Shown here: positions 41,962 through 51,220 of the stretch, in pieces
Numbering within the stretch: the first letter of the stretch is position 1
How the letters are laid out: each line of letters opens with the position of its first letter
DNA from: Planctomycetota bacterium
Lineage (GTDB): Bacteria > Planctomycetota > UBA1135 > UBA2386
Length of the DNA: 64,000 bases
Assembly: GCA_965228735.1 (NCBI GenBank)
Contig: OZ245838.1
Coordinates: 6,560,001-6,624,000, forward strand
Direction: 5' to 3'
Translations under genes and position numbers: made by a program
Notes under the pieces: generated by a model
Databases searched by the model: none
What the model saw: the letters and a program-made list of their open reading frames with translations, nothing else
Told to the model about the DNA's origin: nothing

Positions 41962-44043
41962 CTACTCGTCGCCTCCGGCCGGCGCGCGGAAGGCCCAGAC
42001 GCGCTTGTCGCCCGCACCGACGACGATCATACCGTCGATCACGGCGGGCGAGCTGAAGATCGGGCGACCGATGTCGTAGTTCCAGACCTCGTCGCCGGTC
42101 GCGAGTCGCACGAGGTAGAGCCGGCCGTCGCCCGACCCGAAGACGACCTTGTCGCCGCAGATCACGGGCGAGCCGTCGACCTTGCGGCGAGTCTTGAACG
42201 TCCAGAGCTGCTTGCCGGTCGCGCGTTCGATGCAGTGCAGCTGCTTGTCGCGGCTGCCGATCACGATGTGATCCTCGGCGATCGCGGGCGACGAGACGAA
42301 GCCCTCGCGGCGGTTGCTGTAGGTCCACTCCGTCTCGCCCGACTCGAGATGAACGCGCAGGAACTCGTTGCCGTAGTGCCCGAACCAGGCGCGGTCGTTC
42401 GCGAGCGCGACGGAGCCCGCGACCTGGCAACCCTGCCCGAGGTCGATCCGGGTGATCGGTTTGCCAGTCGCGGCCGCGACGAGGTGCAGGCCGGCGTCGC
42501 AGCCGCCGAATACGACCTCGCCGCCGGCGATCGCCGGCGCGCCGTGCACCTGGTCCGTCGTCTCGTAGACCCACTGCTGCTCTCCCGCGGCGTCGACGCA
42601 GTAGACGCGCGCGTCGTAGCTCGGGACGACGATGCGCAGCGCGCCGCCTTTGAGCCGGAAGTAGTTCGCACCGCCGAGGATCTGGTCCTCGGTCTGGAAC
42701 TTCCAGCGCAGTTCGCCGGACGCGGCGTCGAGCGCGTAGAGGTGGCTGTCGGACGAGCCGATGTAGACGACGCCGTCGACGACGAGCGCCGGCGCCTCGA
42801 CCATGTCGCCCGTCGGGAATGCCCAGCGCCGCTGACCGCTCCGCAGGTCGATCGCGTAGACCGAGTTGTCGGTCGAGCCGACGTAGACGAAGCCGCCCGC
42901 GATCACGGGCGACGACATCACCTCACCGCCGGTCTCGAACTTCCACGCGACCTCGGGCGTGTCCGAGAGCGCGCCGCGGGCGACGCCGTGCAGCGACGGG
43001 TTGCCGCGGTAGTGTGGCCACTCGCCGAGCGGTGGGGGCACGGCCGGGGTGTCCGCGACCTCTGGCTCGCTCGCGGCCTCGGCTTTGGCCGCTTCGTCGA
43101 GCAGCGGCGAACGGAACTCGTATTTCGCGAACAGGCGTTCCCGCAGCGCGTCGATCTCCGCGCGGGTCGCCTTGCCGCCGGACAGCTCCTTCTGCAGCGC
43201 CGGGCGCACGCGATCGAGCTCGGTGACCTGCTTGTCGAGCAGCTGGATCAGGTGGTAGCCCGTGCTCGAACGAACGGGTGCGGAGACCTCGCCGACGGCG
43301 AGCCGGCGCACGGCGTCCGCGAACGATTGCCCGAACCGCACGAAGTTGTAGCGCGGCAGCACGCCGGCCTCCGAAGCCGTCGCCGCGTTGCGCAGCAGAC
43401 GCCGCGTCGTGCGATCGTCCGACTCGCGCAGCAGCGCGTCGAACGACTCGCCGTTCTGCAGTCGGGCGTGCAGCCGCTTCGCGCGCGCCTCGGCGTCCTG
43501 CCGGCGGTCGTTCACGAGCACGTGCCGCACCTTCACCCGCACGCCGCCCTCGCCGTACCGATGTTCGAACAGCGCCTGCACGCGCGCGGGGTCGACGCTG
43601 CGGGCGGCGGCGACGAGCGCGTCGATGCGCAGGTCGCGCAGGGCCTCGGTCGCGAACCGGGCGCGCAGACGAACGTCGGCGACCTCGCGGTCGGAGGCGA
43701 GGCGCCGGCGCGAACCCATGGCGCGCGCGAGGGTGGGGGCGCTGCGCGCGATGCGGCGCTTCTCGCACTCCGCAGCGAGCAGGATGTCGAACGCGAGCTC
43801 ACGGATCTGCCGCGGCCCGGCGCGGCCCGGCGCGAGGTCGCGCTGGTAGCGGTCGAACGTAGCGCGCGTGATCGGGCCGGCCGTCGTCGTGGCGACGATC
43901 TCCGAGCCTTCCGCCGTTCCGCCCGTGGCGGGGTCGGTCGAGCAGAAGAACCCGCGGGACGGGTCCAGGTGGACCTCCTGGGCCAAGCCTTGGGCGAACG
44001 ACGCGAGCAGCGTCAGTGCGAACAGCCGTAACGTGCGGGTCAT
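41962..44043 (-). CDS. Exported fusion of parvulin (PpiC-type) PPIase and PQQ/BamB-like beta-propeller
   Basis: Signal peptide; VRHVLV, GESF, GEVSAPVRSSTGYHLI; then WPHYRGN and multiple SSP..G.VYVGS.D blades. Confidence 0.85.
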   Translation of the reverse strand: MTRTLRLFALTLLASFAQGLAQEVHLDPSRGFFCSTDPATGGTAEGSEIVATTTAGPITRATFDRYQRDLAPGRAGPRQIRELAFDILLAAECEKRRIARSAPTLARAMGSRRRLASDREVADVRLRARFATEALRDLRIDALVAAARSVDPARVQALFEHRYGEGGVRVKVRHVLVNDRRQDAEARAKRLHARLQNGESFDALLRESDDRTTRRLLRNAATASEAGVLPRYNFVRFGQSFADAVRRLAVGEVSAPVRSSTGYHLIQLLDKQVTELDRVRPALQKELSGGKATRAEIDALRERLFAKYEFRSPLLDEAAKAEAASEPEVADTPAVPPPLGEWPHYRGNPSLHGVARGALSDTPEVAWKFETGGEVMSSPVIAGGFVYVGSTDNSVYAIDLRSGQRRWAFPTGDMVEAPALVVDGVVYIGSSDSHLYALDAASGELRWKFQTEDQILGGANYFRLKGGALRIVVPSYDARVYCVDAAGEQQWVYETTDQVHGAPAIAGGEVVFGGCDAGLHLVAAATGKPITRIDLGQGCQVAGSVALANDRAWFGHYGNEFLRVHLESGETEWTYSNRREGFVSSPAIAEDHIVIGSRDKQLHCIERATGKQLWTFKTRRKVDGSPVICGDKVVFGSGDGRLYLVRLATGDEVWNYDIGRPIFSSPAVIDGMIVVGAGDKRVWAFRAPAGGDE

Positions 44044-45197
44044 CGCAGCGCAGCCTCCAGGATCGAGCGCAGCTCGCCCGAGGTGACGGTCCGCGGGTTG
44101 AACTGCGCCGTCCACTGCGTCGCGGCGGCGGCCGCGAGGTCGTCGAGCGCCGACTCCGGCACGGCGGGGAGCGTGCGTTCCGCAAGCTCCACGAGGGTCA
44201 CGAGCCGCTTGACGAAACGAGCGTAGGCCTCGCCGTCGTCGACGTGCGTGTCAGCGAGCGCGGCGCCGCGAGCGAGGTGCGCGTACATTGCCTGCGCACC
44301 CGGCTCTTCCGCGTTGAACCGGACGACGAACGGCAGCAGCGCGCCGACCGCGACGCCGTGAACCACGCCGAACCTCTGCGTCAGTGGGTTCGCCAGCGAG
44401 TGCGCCGCGCCCAGCATGCTGTTCTCGATCGCGATGCCGGCCCAGGCCGACGCGTGCAGCATCCCGGCGCGCGCCACGAGGTCGTTCGGGTCCTCCAGAA
44501 CGCGCGGGAAGTGCTCACTGACGAGCCGGAACGCCTCGGTCGAGCACGTCGCCGACATCGGCGTGCGGGCGCGCGTCACGGCGGTCTCGACCGCGTGCGC
44601 GAGCGTGTCGAGGCCGGTGCACGCCGTGACGAAGCGCGGCATCGTCACCGTGAGCGTCGGGTCGAGCACCGCGATGCGGGGCGCGGCCTGCGGATCGCCG
44701 CACGCCATCTTGCCGTGATCGTCGCTGTTGGTGATCAGGGCGAACGACTGCACCTCGCTGCCCGTGCCGGCCGTCGTCGGCACGGCGATGAGCGGCAGCA
44801 GCTGCCCCTTCGCGGTGCCCTTGCCGCGGTAGTCGCGCATGCGCCCGCCGCCGGCTGCAACGAACAGCGCGCCCTTGGCCACATCGATCGCGCTGCCGCC
44901 ACCGACCGCGATCACGAGATCCGTCGCGGGGTCGAGCGCCTGCCGGCAGCGCTCGACGTCGTCCTCGGTCGGGTTCTCCGCGGCATCATCGAAGCGGTCG
45001 ACGGTGAGACCGGCCTGCTCGAGGCAGCGCTGCGCGCGGTCCGGATGCCCCGCGGCCGCAACGCCCGGGTCGGTCACGAGCAGCACGCGCGTGGCCGACA
45101 GCTCGCGCGCGAGGTCACCGATCCCGTCGACCGCGTTCTCGCCCAGCACGAGCCGGGTAGGGCACTGGAACTGCGGGTGCGATCCCGGCGCGGTCAC
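44040..45197 (-). CDS. Iron-containing alcohol dehydrogenase
   Basis: PTRLVLG, GGGSAIDVAK, VPTTAGTGSE, D.LAHAVE, GAAHSLA, HGVA; GTG start at 45197. Confidence 0.93.
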   Translation of the reverse strand: MTAPGSHPQFQCPTRLVLGENAVDGIGDLARELSATRVLLVTDPGVAAAGHPDRAQRCLEQAGLTVDRFDDAAENPTEDDVERCRQALDPATDLVIAVGGGSAIDVAKGALFVAAGGGRMRDYRGKGTAKGQLLPLIAVPTTAGTGSEVQSFALITNSDDHGKMACGDPQAAPRIAVLDPTLTVTMPRFVTACTGLDTLAHAVETAVTRARTPMSATCSTEAFRLVSEHFPRVLEDPNDLVARAGMLHASAWAGIAIENSMLGAAHSLANPLTQRFGVVHGVAVGALLPFVVRFNAEEPGAQAMYAHLARGAALADTHVDDGEAYARFVKRLVTLVELAERTLPAVPESALDDLAAAAATQWTAQFNPRTVTSGELRSILEAALR

Positions 45198-45205
45198 CGC
45201 TGCTC

Positions 45206-46636
45206 CTACCAGCCCTGGGCGCGCTGGATCGCGCGGCGCTCGTAGAGGAACTCGAACAGGTTGCCCTCGTGCGGCTGGTCCCACTCGACGTGCGACGTCG
45301 GCACGGGCCCGACGTTGAGGCGGTCGACGTGGTGCGACCGCGACAGCTCCGCGAGCAGGTCCTCGTCCTTGGTGATCGCGGTCACGACGAGGCTCGGGCC
45401 GAGGTCCTCGACGAGCCGGTCCGCGGGTACCTCGACGACGCTCGCGAATGGGCAGAGGAACTCGGTGCGCGCGAGCGGGTGCTCGACGTCGTCGCAGCGC
45501 ACGACGGTCGGCAGCAGGTACTGGCGGCCGCTGTGTTGGACGGCGCGCGGGCCGTCGCGGTGCGCGGCGCTCACGTCGCGGGCGCCGCTCCGGATGCCGT
45601 CCTCGATGCGCGCGTCGATGAACTCGGCCATCTTCGGGTTGGCTAACGCGGACAGCGACGCATCGTCGGCGTCGGGTGCGGTGGGGGCGCGGTTCTTCAG
45701 TTCGGCGGCCAGCGCGTCGGCGATCGCGTCGCCGTGCTTGCTGACGAAGATCGAGGACGCGTTGACGCAGCTGCGACCGCCGTTGTCCGCGACGGACGCG
45801 GCGAGCACGGGCAGGTACTCGCGCCAGTCGTCGATCAGGTCCGGACCGATGACGACCTTGCTGCGGCCAGGGCCGTGGATCTCGATGCGCGGGTCGTGGG
45901 CCCACGCCTTGGTCACGGCCTCGTCGCCGAACAGCTGCGTCCGACCGCAGCGTTCGAGGATGACGCCCGAGCCCTCGTGGTCGGTCGGGTAATAGCTGAA
46001 CGCTTCGCGTGGGCAGCCCGCCGCGATGAACGCCTGCATGATGCGCAGCGGCGTCCACGGTTCTTCGCGGCCCGGCTTGAGCACGACCGGAATGCCGAGC
46101 GCGATCGCGGGCATCCAGATCGAGTTCACGCCCGGCGAATTGCTCGGCAGGATGACGCCGAGCGCATCGGTGGTCGGCGCGTAGTAGACCGGCACGTCGC
46201 CGTGGCTGCCGAAGCCGGTCTCGACGACGGCCGGGTCCATGCCGCGCGTTAGGCCGCGCAGGATGCCCGCCATGCCGTCGAAGACCGTGAAGATCTTCTG
46301 CATGTTGCGGCGCACGAGCACGTGCGGCAGTCCGCTCGTGCGGCTCAACGTCGTGACATGGTCCTCGGCCGACTGCGTCGCGCCTTCACCGTTGAGCGGC
46401 AGCTCGGCGGTCATGAACAGCTCGCCGGCCTTCTTGCAGATCTCGAGCAGCTGCGCGCTCGACAGCGCCCGCAGCGTCTTCGCCGCGCGATCGGCCTTCT
46501 TCAGGTCGCGCTTGATCATGCCGGCGTTGGCCTGACTGATCACGGCCACGACGTCGTCGCCGCTCAGCAGCTCGTTCTGCTCGAGGCTGGTGTACTCCTT
46601 GCCGGCGCGCAGAACGGGGATGTGCGGAGCGCTCAA
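45206..46636 (-). CDS. ALDH-superfamily acyl reductase (EhpG/LuxC-like)
   Basis: ILPSN, VVLKP, HGPGRSKV in place of ELGGK, catalytic NGGRSC, EFLCP; TTG start overlapping upstream stop. Confidence 0.8.
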   Translation of the reverse strand: MSAPHIPVLRAGKEYTSLEQNELLSGDDVVAVISQANAGMIKRDLKKADRAAKTLRALSSAQLLEICKKAGELFMTAELPLNGEGATQSAEDHVTTLSRTSGLPHVLVRRNMQKIFTVFDGMAGILRGLTRGMDPAVVETGFGSHGDVPVYYAPTTDALGVILPSNSPGVNSIWMPAIALGIPVVLKPGREEPWTPLRIMQAFIAAGCPREAFSYYPTDHEGSGVILERCGRTQLFGDEAVTKAWAHDPRIEIHGPGRSKVVIGPDLIDDWREYLPVLAASVADNGGRSCVNASSIFVSKHGDAIADALAAELKNRAPTAPDADDASLSALANPKMAEFIDARIEDGIRSGARDVSAAHRDGPRAVQHSGRQYLLPTVVRCDDVEHPLARTEFLCPFASVVEVPADRLVEDLGPSLVVTAITKDEDLLAELSRSHHVDRLNVGPVPTSHVEWDQPHEGNLFEFLYERRAIQRAQGW

Positions 46637-47673
46637 TAGACCCCCTCGACGATCTTCTCCTTCTCCGCCTCGAACGGCCGCACCTCGCCGACGCCGTCCC
46701 ACGCGTACTGCTCGCACGGCTTGCGGCGAAGCGCCTCGTCGCGCTCGAGGAAGCGCGGCATGAAGAACTCCTTCGTCAGCGTCGTGAGCTCGACGCGGCC
46801 CCAGTCGTCGTAGTCGACGACGTTCTCCGTCTGCTCGGGGTCGACGACGCGCAGCACGGCGCGCGGCTGCGGCGCGTAGTAGGTGATCGAGTAGCCGTCC
46901 GCTGCGAAGTCGGGCTTGTGGGCCGCGAGGCCCATGAGCGTGTTGCCGTAGGTCGGGACGAACTCGACCTCGCCCTCGAGGACCTCCTCGCAGATGAACC
47001 GCGTGTTCTGCGGCGTCATCGTCGTGCCGCCGCAGAAGACGCCCTTGATGCCGGCCTCGGGGATCGACGTGCGTTCGCCGAGCTCCTCGAGGAGCTTGGG
47101 CGTCGTGAACAGCGCGGCCACGTCGCGGTGCTGGATGATCGACATCGCCTGGTCGACGACGTGCGCCATGTAGGCCTTGGCCTGGTCGAACTCCTTGTTC
47201 CTGATCAGCTTCTTCACCCAGCGCGGGTCGAGGTCGACGAAGTAGCACGATGAGCCGCGGAAGTTGGCGAGGTGCTCGATCGCGAGCCGGAGGCGCCGCG
47301 GTCCCGTCGGGCCGACCATGAGCCACGCGCCGCCCGGCGGAAACGCCGCGTCGCTCAGCGTCGCGGAGAACTGCTCGTAGTCCGTCTTGTAGTCCTCCCA
47401 GTTGATGCGCTGCTTCGGCATCCCGGTCGTGCCGCCGGTCTCGAACACGGTGAACGGCCGGCCCTCGTACGCCTTCGGGATGAAGCGGGCGTGCGGCTCG
47501 GTGCGCAGCAGCTCGCCGTCGAAGTGGGGGAAGCGCGTGACGTCGGCGAAGCCCGTCACCTCCTCGGCCGGGTTCCAGCCACTGGCCTTGGCCCAGTCGA
47601 GCCAGTGCGGCGTGCCGGTCTCGGGCGAGAAGTGCCAGCGCACGATCTCGCAGAAGTGTTGGTCGAGGTTCAT
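46633..47673 (-). CDS. EhpF-like compact adenylate-forming enzyme (PaaK/LuxE-related)
   Basis: RWHFS.ETG.P.WL, ETGGTTGMPK P-loop, PTGP, DLDPRWVK, GGT, YG.T, PR..ERD, C-terminal EGVY resemble Pantoea EhpF as I recall it. Confidence 0.82.
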   Translation of the reverse strand: MNLDQHFCEIVRWHFSPETGTPHWLDWAKASGWNPAEEVTGFADVTRFPHFDGELLRTEPHARFIPKAYEGRPFTVFETGGTTGMPKQRINWEDYKTDYEQFSATLSDAAFPPGGAWLMVGPTGPRRLRLAIEHLANFRGSSCYFVDLDPRWVKKLIRNKEFDQAKAYMAHVVDQAMSIIQHRDVAALFTTPKLLEELGERTSIPEAGIKGVFCGGTTMTPQNTRFICEEVLEGEVEFVPTYGNTLMGLAAHKPDFAADGYSITYYAPQPRAVLRVVDPEQTENVVDYDDWGRVELTTLTKEFFMPRFLERDEALRRKPCEQYAWDGVGEVRPFEAEKEKIVEGVY

Positions 47674-47675
47674 CG

Positions 47676-47839
47676 CTAGTGCCGTGTACCGGAAGTCACC
47701 TTGTAGATCGCGAGGTCATTCGCGTTCCTGGCAAGGAGCGATCCGCAGGAGTATTGGTGGATACGCCGAGGACGCGCGACGCAGCCAGGGGCGTGAAGGG
47801 CCCGCGAACTACAAGGTGACTTCCGGTACATGGCACTAG
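47676..47839. mobile_element. MITE-like element with ~31-bp terminal inverted repeats and CTAG ends
   Basis: CTAGTGCCgTGTACCGGAAGTCACCTTGTAG versus CTACAAGGTGACTTCCGGTACAtGGCACTAG (one mismatch); no ORF; fills the intergenic space. Confidence 0.75.
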
Positions 47840-49377
47840 GGACTGAGGTCGGGACGGTCGAAGAAGCGGTCGATGGTCTTGTCCGATGGGGGTCGGGTCA
47901 CGAGGCTGACGACCACGAGGGTGACCGTGGATGCCGCGATCATGACCGTGACGGGCATCATCCCACCGATCAGATAGTCCTCGCCGGCGCGTTCACCAGC
48001 CAGAGTTGGCGCCAGCAGGCCGTCGTAGAACAGGACGGCCCAGGTGACCCCGGCGACGAGGACCGCGGCGATCGCGCCCGCGGCCGTGGCCCGGCGCCAG
48101 TAGACGGCCGCGACGACGAGCGGGAACAGCGCCGCGAAGCCGCTGAAGCACCAGACCGCGAGGTCGAAGACGTTCGGCGGCGGGAACAGCGACAGTAGGT
48201 ACGTGACCGCGACGATCGCGAGGATGAAGAGGCGACCGAGGCGGACCTTCTGGGCCTCGTCGAGCCGGGCGCCCATCCGGTGGGCGACGATGTCGTGGGT
48301 GAAGATCGAGCCGAGGCAGACGAATTGCGAGTCGAGCGACGACATGATCGCGGCGAGGATGCCGGCGAGCAGGAGCCCTTCGACGAACGGGTTGCTCAGC
48401 TGGATGCCGACCATCTTGGCCAGGATCGCGTTGCTGTTGCCGCCCGGCGCCTCGATGCCGGCGCCCGCCGCCCAGATGCCGATGAGCACGCACGGCGCCC
48501 AGACGATCATGATGAACAGCGGGTGGGCGACGACCGTCATGCGGAACGTCTTCGCGCTGCGGGCGGTCAGCCAGTGCTGGAACAGGTGCGGGAACATGCC
48601 GACCGACAGCGGCACGAACATGTAGGACAGGAACTGCAGGTGGCCGATCTCGCCCTCGCGTGCGAGCAGCTCGGGCCGGTTGTCCAGCACGTTCTGGCTC
48701 GCGGCCTCGACGCCGCCGAGCGAGTCGCTGATCAGGTAGAACGCGAGCAGGCCGACGAGCATGAACACGATCGTCTGGACGGCGTTGGCGAGCGCCGCGG
48801 CGCGCACGCCGCCCGTGAGGATGTAGGCGAGCACGACGCCGCAGACCACGAGACCCGTGATCCACGGCTGCACACCGGCGATGCCCTTCACGACCGCGCC
48901 CGCGCCGACGATGCCGATCAGCAGATACGGGATCACGAGCCCGACGAGCACCGGGAACAGCAGGTAGCCGAGCGCGTTCGACTCGAACCGGCCGCGGAAG
49001 AACTGGATCTGCGTGACGTAGTTGTGCTTCTTCCCGATCGCCCACAGCTTGATGCCGACGAGGAAGAACACGAGCGAGTGGATGATGCCCGACGCCGACG
49101 CCATCAGACCGTAGACGCCGATGCCGGCGTCGTAGGCCTTGCCGGTCGAACCGACGAGCGCGAACGCGGTCATCGTCGTGCCGAACACGCTCATGAGCAG
49201 CAGGAACGGCCCGATCGAGCGGCCCGCGACGAAGTACTCGCCGGCCGAGCCGCGCGAGCGACGGCTGTTGACCATGCTGAAGAGCAACAGCAGCGCGAGG
49301 TAGCCGGCGACGACCCAGAGCGGGGTCGTGCTCTTCTCGGCGGGGGCCTGCAGCGTGGCGAGCAGGTCGGCGATCAT
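47836..49377 (-). CDS. Sodium:solute symporter (SSS) family protein
   Basis: YFVAGRSIG, GGVRA, PHL.Q, AAIMSSLDSQ, YWRRAT..GA; about 13 TMs. Confidence 0.93.
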   Translation of the reverse strand: MIADLLATLQAPAEKSTTPLWVVAGYLALLLLFSMVNSRRSRGSAGEYFVAGRSIGPFLLLMSVFGTTMTAFALVGSTGKAYDAGIGVYGLMASASGIIHSLVFFLVGIKLWAIGKKHNYVTQIQFFRGRFESNALGYLLFPVLVGLVIPYLLIGIVGAGAVVKGIAGVQPWITGLVVCGVVLAYILTGGVRAAALANAVQTIVFMLVGLLAFYLISDSLGGVEAASQNVLDNRPELLAREGEIGHLQFLSYMFVPLSVGMFPHLFQHWLTARSAKTFRMTVVAHPLFIMIVWAPCVLIGIWAAGAGIEAPGGNSNAILAKMVGIQLSNPFVEGLLLAGILAAIMSSLDSQFVCLGSIFTHDIVAHRMGARLDEAQKVRLGRLFILAIVAVTYLLSLFPPPNVFDLAVWCFSGFAALFPLVVAAVYWRRATAAGAIAAVLVAGVTWAVLFYDGLLAPTLAGERAGEDYLIGGMMPVTVMIAASTVTLVVVSLVTRPPSDKTIDRFFDRPDLSP

Positions 49378-49658
49378 TCGTTACCCCCGCTGCCGCTGCT
49401 GTTGCCGCTGTCGTCACTCTCAGAAGCCCACTCCTCGATGTGGGAGGGCCACGCGAACTTCACGACGAGCAGCCACGCCGTCGCGGCGCCGACCGAGATC
49501 AGCACCTGGAACAGCAGGCCGATCGGCACGAACCCGAACACGAGCGTGCGGTCGTCCCAGTACCAGAAGTCGTAGTGCAGGACCGCGAGCACCACGACGA
49601 GCAACCAGGCGAGGATCCCGGCACCCGAGATCCTCCGGCCGGAGTGCGCATCGCTCAT
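49374..49658 (-). CDS. Small two-TM SSS partner protein (DUF3311-like)
   Basis: LHYDFWYWDD.TLVFGFVP.GL; directly upstream of and overlapping the SSS gene. Confidence 0.75.
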   Translation of the reverse strand: MSDAHSGRRISGAGILAWLLVVVLAVLHYDFWYWDDRTLVFGFVPIGLLFQVLISVGAATAWLLVVKFAWPSHIEEWASESDDSGNSSGSGGNE

Positions 49659-51220
49659 TTGCCCTGCTTGTCGCCGTCGGTGGTGGCGATCGCGTAGAGG
49701 TGCGTGTGCGTTGCCACGTAGAGCGTGCCGTTCGCCGCGATCGGCGAGCTGAAGATCGGGGTGCCGAAGTCGATCTCCTTGACCTGCTTCTTGTCGAGCG
49801 TCTTCTTCGCGGGGGCGGAGACCAGGAAACCGTCCTCGATGCCGACGTAGACGCGGCCGTCGGCGACCAGCGTCGAACCCCAGATGTGCGCGCTCGTGTC
49901 GTAGCGCCAGTGCAGCTTGCCGGTCGCGACGTCGAAGCAGTAGAGGAAGCCGGAGTAGTCAGCGATGAACAACATGTCCTCCCAGATCGACAGCGTCGTC
50001 ATGGACCGGTTGATGTCGTTGTAGCTCCAGACCTCCTTGCCCTCGTGATCGACGCACACGAGGTTGCCCACGCCCTCGCCGTGCTCGGGGTCCTGACCGA
50101 TCGCCGTGTAGACGCGGCCGTCGTGCACGATCGGGGTCGCGAGCACTTCGCTCGGGCCCTTCGCCGTCGCGTACTTGCGCGGCTTGCCGTCCTCGTCGAA
50201 GCGGTAGCGCTTCGGGTTGCAGTCGTACTCCCAGACCTTCTTCAGGACCTGGAAGCCCTCCTCGTCCGGCACGGGCTTCGGGTCGAACGCGTAGAGCACG
50301 CCGTCCGGACCGCCGAAGATCGCGAGCTTGACCGGGCCCTTCTCGAGCCAGGCCGGGGACGACCAGTTGCTGTGGAAGATGTGCTCACCGAGGCCCGAGG
50401 CCTCTTCGCCGATGAGCTCGCCCGTGTTCTTGTCGACGACGATCATCGACGGGGCGTTCGGCGCGGGCGTCTCGACGTGGCCGTAGTCGACGCCGTTGCT
50501 CGTCGAAGTCCAGACCTGGTCACCGACGATCATCACGGAGCAGCTCGTGATGTTGTGCGGGAACACGCCGCACTCGTCGATCATGTTGAGCTTCCAGATG
50601 ATGTCGGCGTCGGTCTTGCTCACCGCCATCGGCGGCTTGCCGTTGTCGGGGAAGTACTTGCCCTCGTCCTGGAAGGGGCCGTCGTTGCCGTTCTCCATCC
50701 CGTTCACGTCGAGGCACATGACCTCGCAGCGGTTGGTCACGAGGTAGACGCGGTCGCCCTCGATCGCCGGCGAGCTGCAGATGCCGAGGAACTCCCAGTC
50801 GCTGACCTTGCCGGTGCCGAGCTTGGGCACGTTGAGCTGCCAGATGAGCTCGCCCGTCTTCTCGTCGAGGCAGTAGACGCACGACCGGTCGCCCGCGAAG
50901 CGCGGGTCGCGCGGCGTGTCGTTGTTGGTGCCGACGTAGACGCGGCCGTTGGCGACGGTCGGGTTGCCGTAGCTCTGTGAGCCGAGCTTGGCGACCCACT
51001 TGACGTTCTTCGTCGTCGCCATGTCGATCTCCTCGCTGTCACCCTTGTAGGTGCCCGGGTTGAAGTCGACGGGCAGGCCCTTCACACCGGGCGCGACCAT
51101 GTTGCGCGCGGCGGTGCGGCCCCACATGGGCCAGTCTTGGGCGGCGGCCATGGGCGCGGTCAGCGCGCCCAGCGCACCGATGCCAACGAGGGCGAACAGT
51201 CGATTCTTCAGATCAGTCAT
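49655..51220 (-). CDS. Exported PQQ/BamB-like beta-propeller protein
   Basis: Signal peptide, QDWPMWG, NVKWVAKLG, CLDEKTGELIW blades, SSPIAANG. Confidence 0.85.
   Translation of the reverse strand: MTDLKNRLFALVGIGALGALTAPMAAAQDWPMWGRTAARNMVAPGVKGLPVDFNPGTYKGDSEEIDMATTKNVKWVAKLGSQSYGNPTVANGRVYVGTNNDTPRDPRFAGDRSCVYCLDEKTGELIWQLNVPKLGTGKVSDWEFLGICSSPAIEGDRVYLVTNRCEVMCLDVNGMENGNDGPFQDEGKYFPDNGKPPMAVSKTDADIIWKLNMIDECGVFPHNITSCSVMIVGDQVWTSTSNGVDYGHVETPAPNAPSMIVVDKNTGELIGEEASGLGEHIFHSNWSSPAWLEKGPVKLAIFGGPDGVLYAFDPKPVPDEEGFQVLKKVWEYDCNPKRYRFDEDGKPRKYATAKGPSEVLATPIVHDGRVYTAIGQDPEHGEGVGNLVCVDHEGKEVWSYNDINRSMTTLSIWEDMLFIADYSGFLYCFDVATGKLHWRYDTSAHIWGSTLVADGRVYVGIEDGFLVSAPAKKTLDKKQVKEIDFGTPIFSSPIAANGTLYVATHTHLYAIATTDGDKQGK

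Noticed and set aside
45206..47673. Bioluminescence (luxCE) or complete phenazine cluster
   Set aside because: No luxAB/luxD or phz core genes in the window; only the reductase module is present
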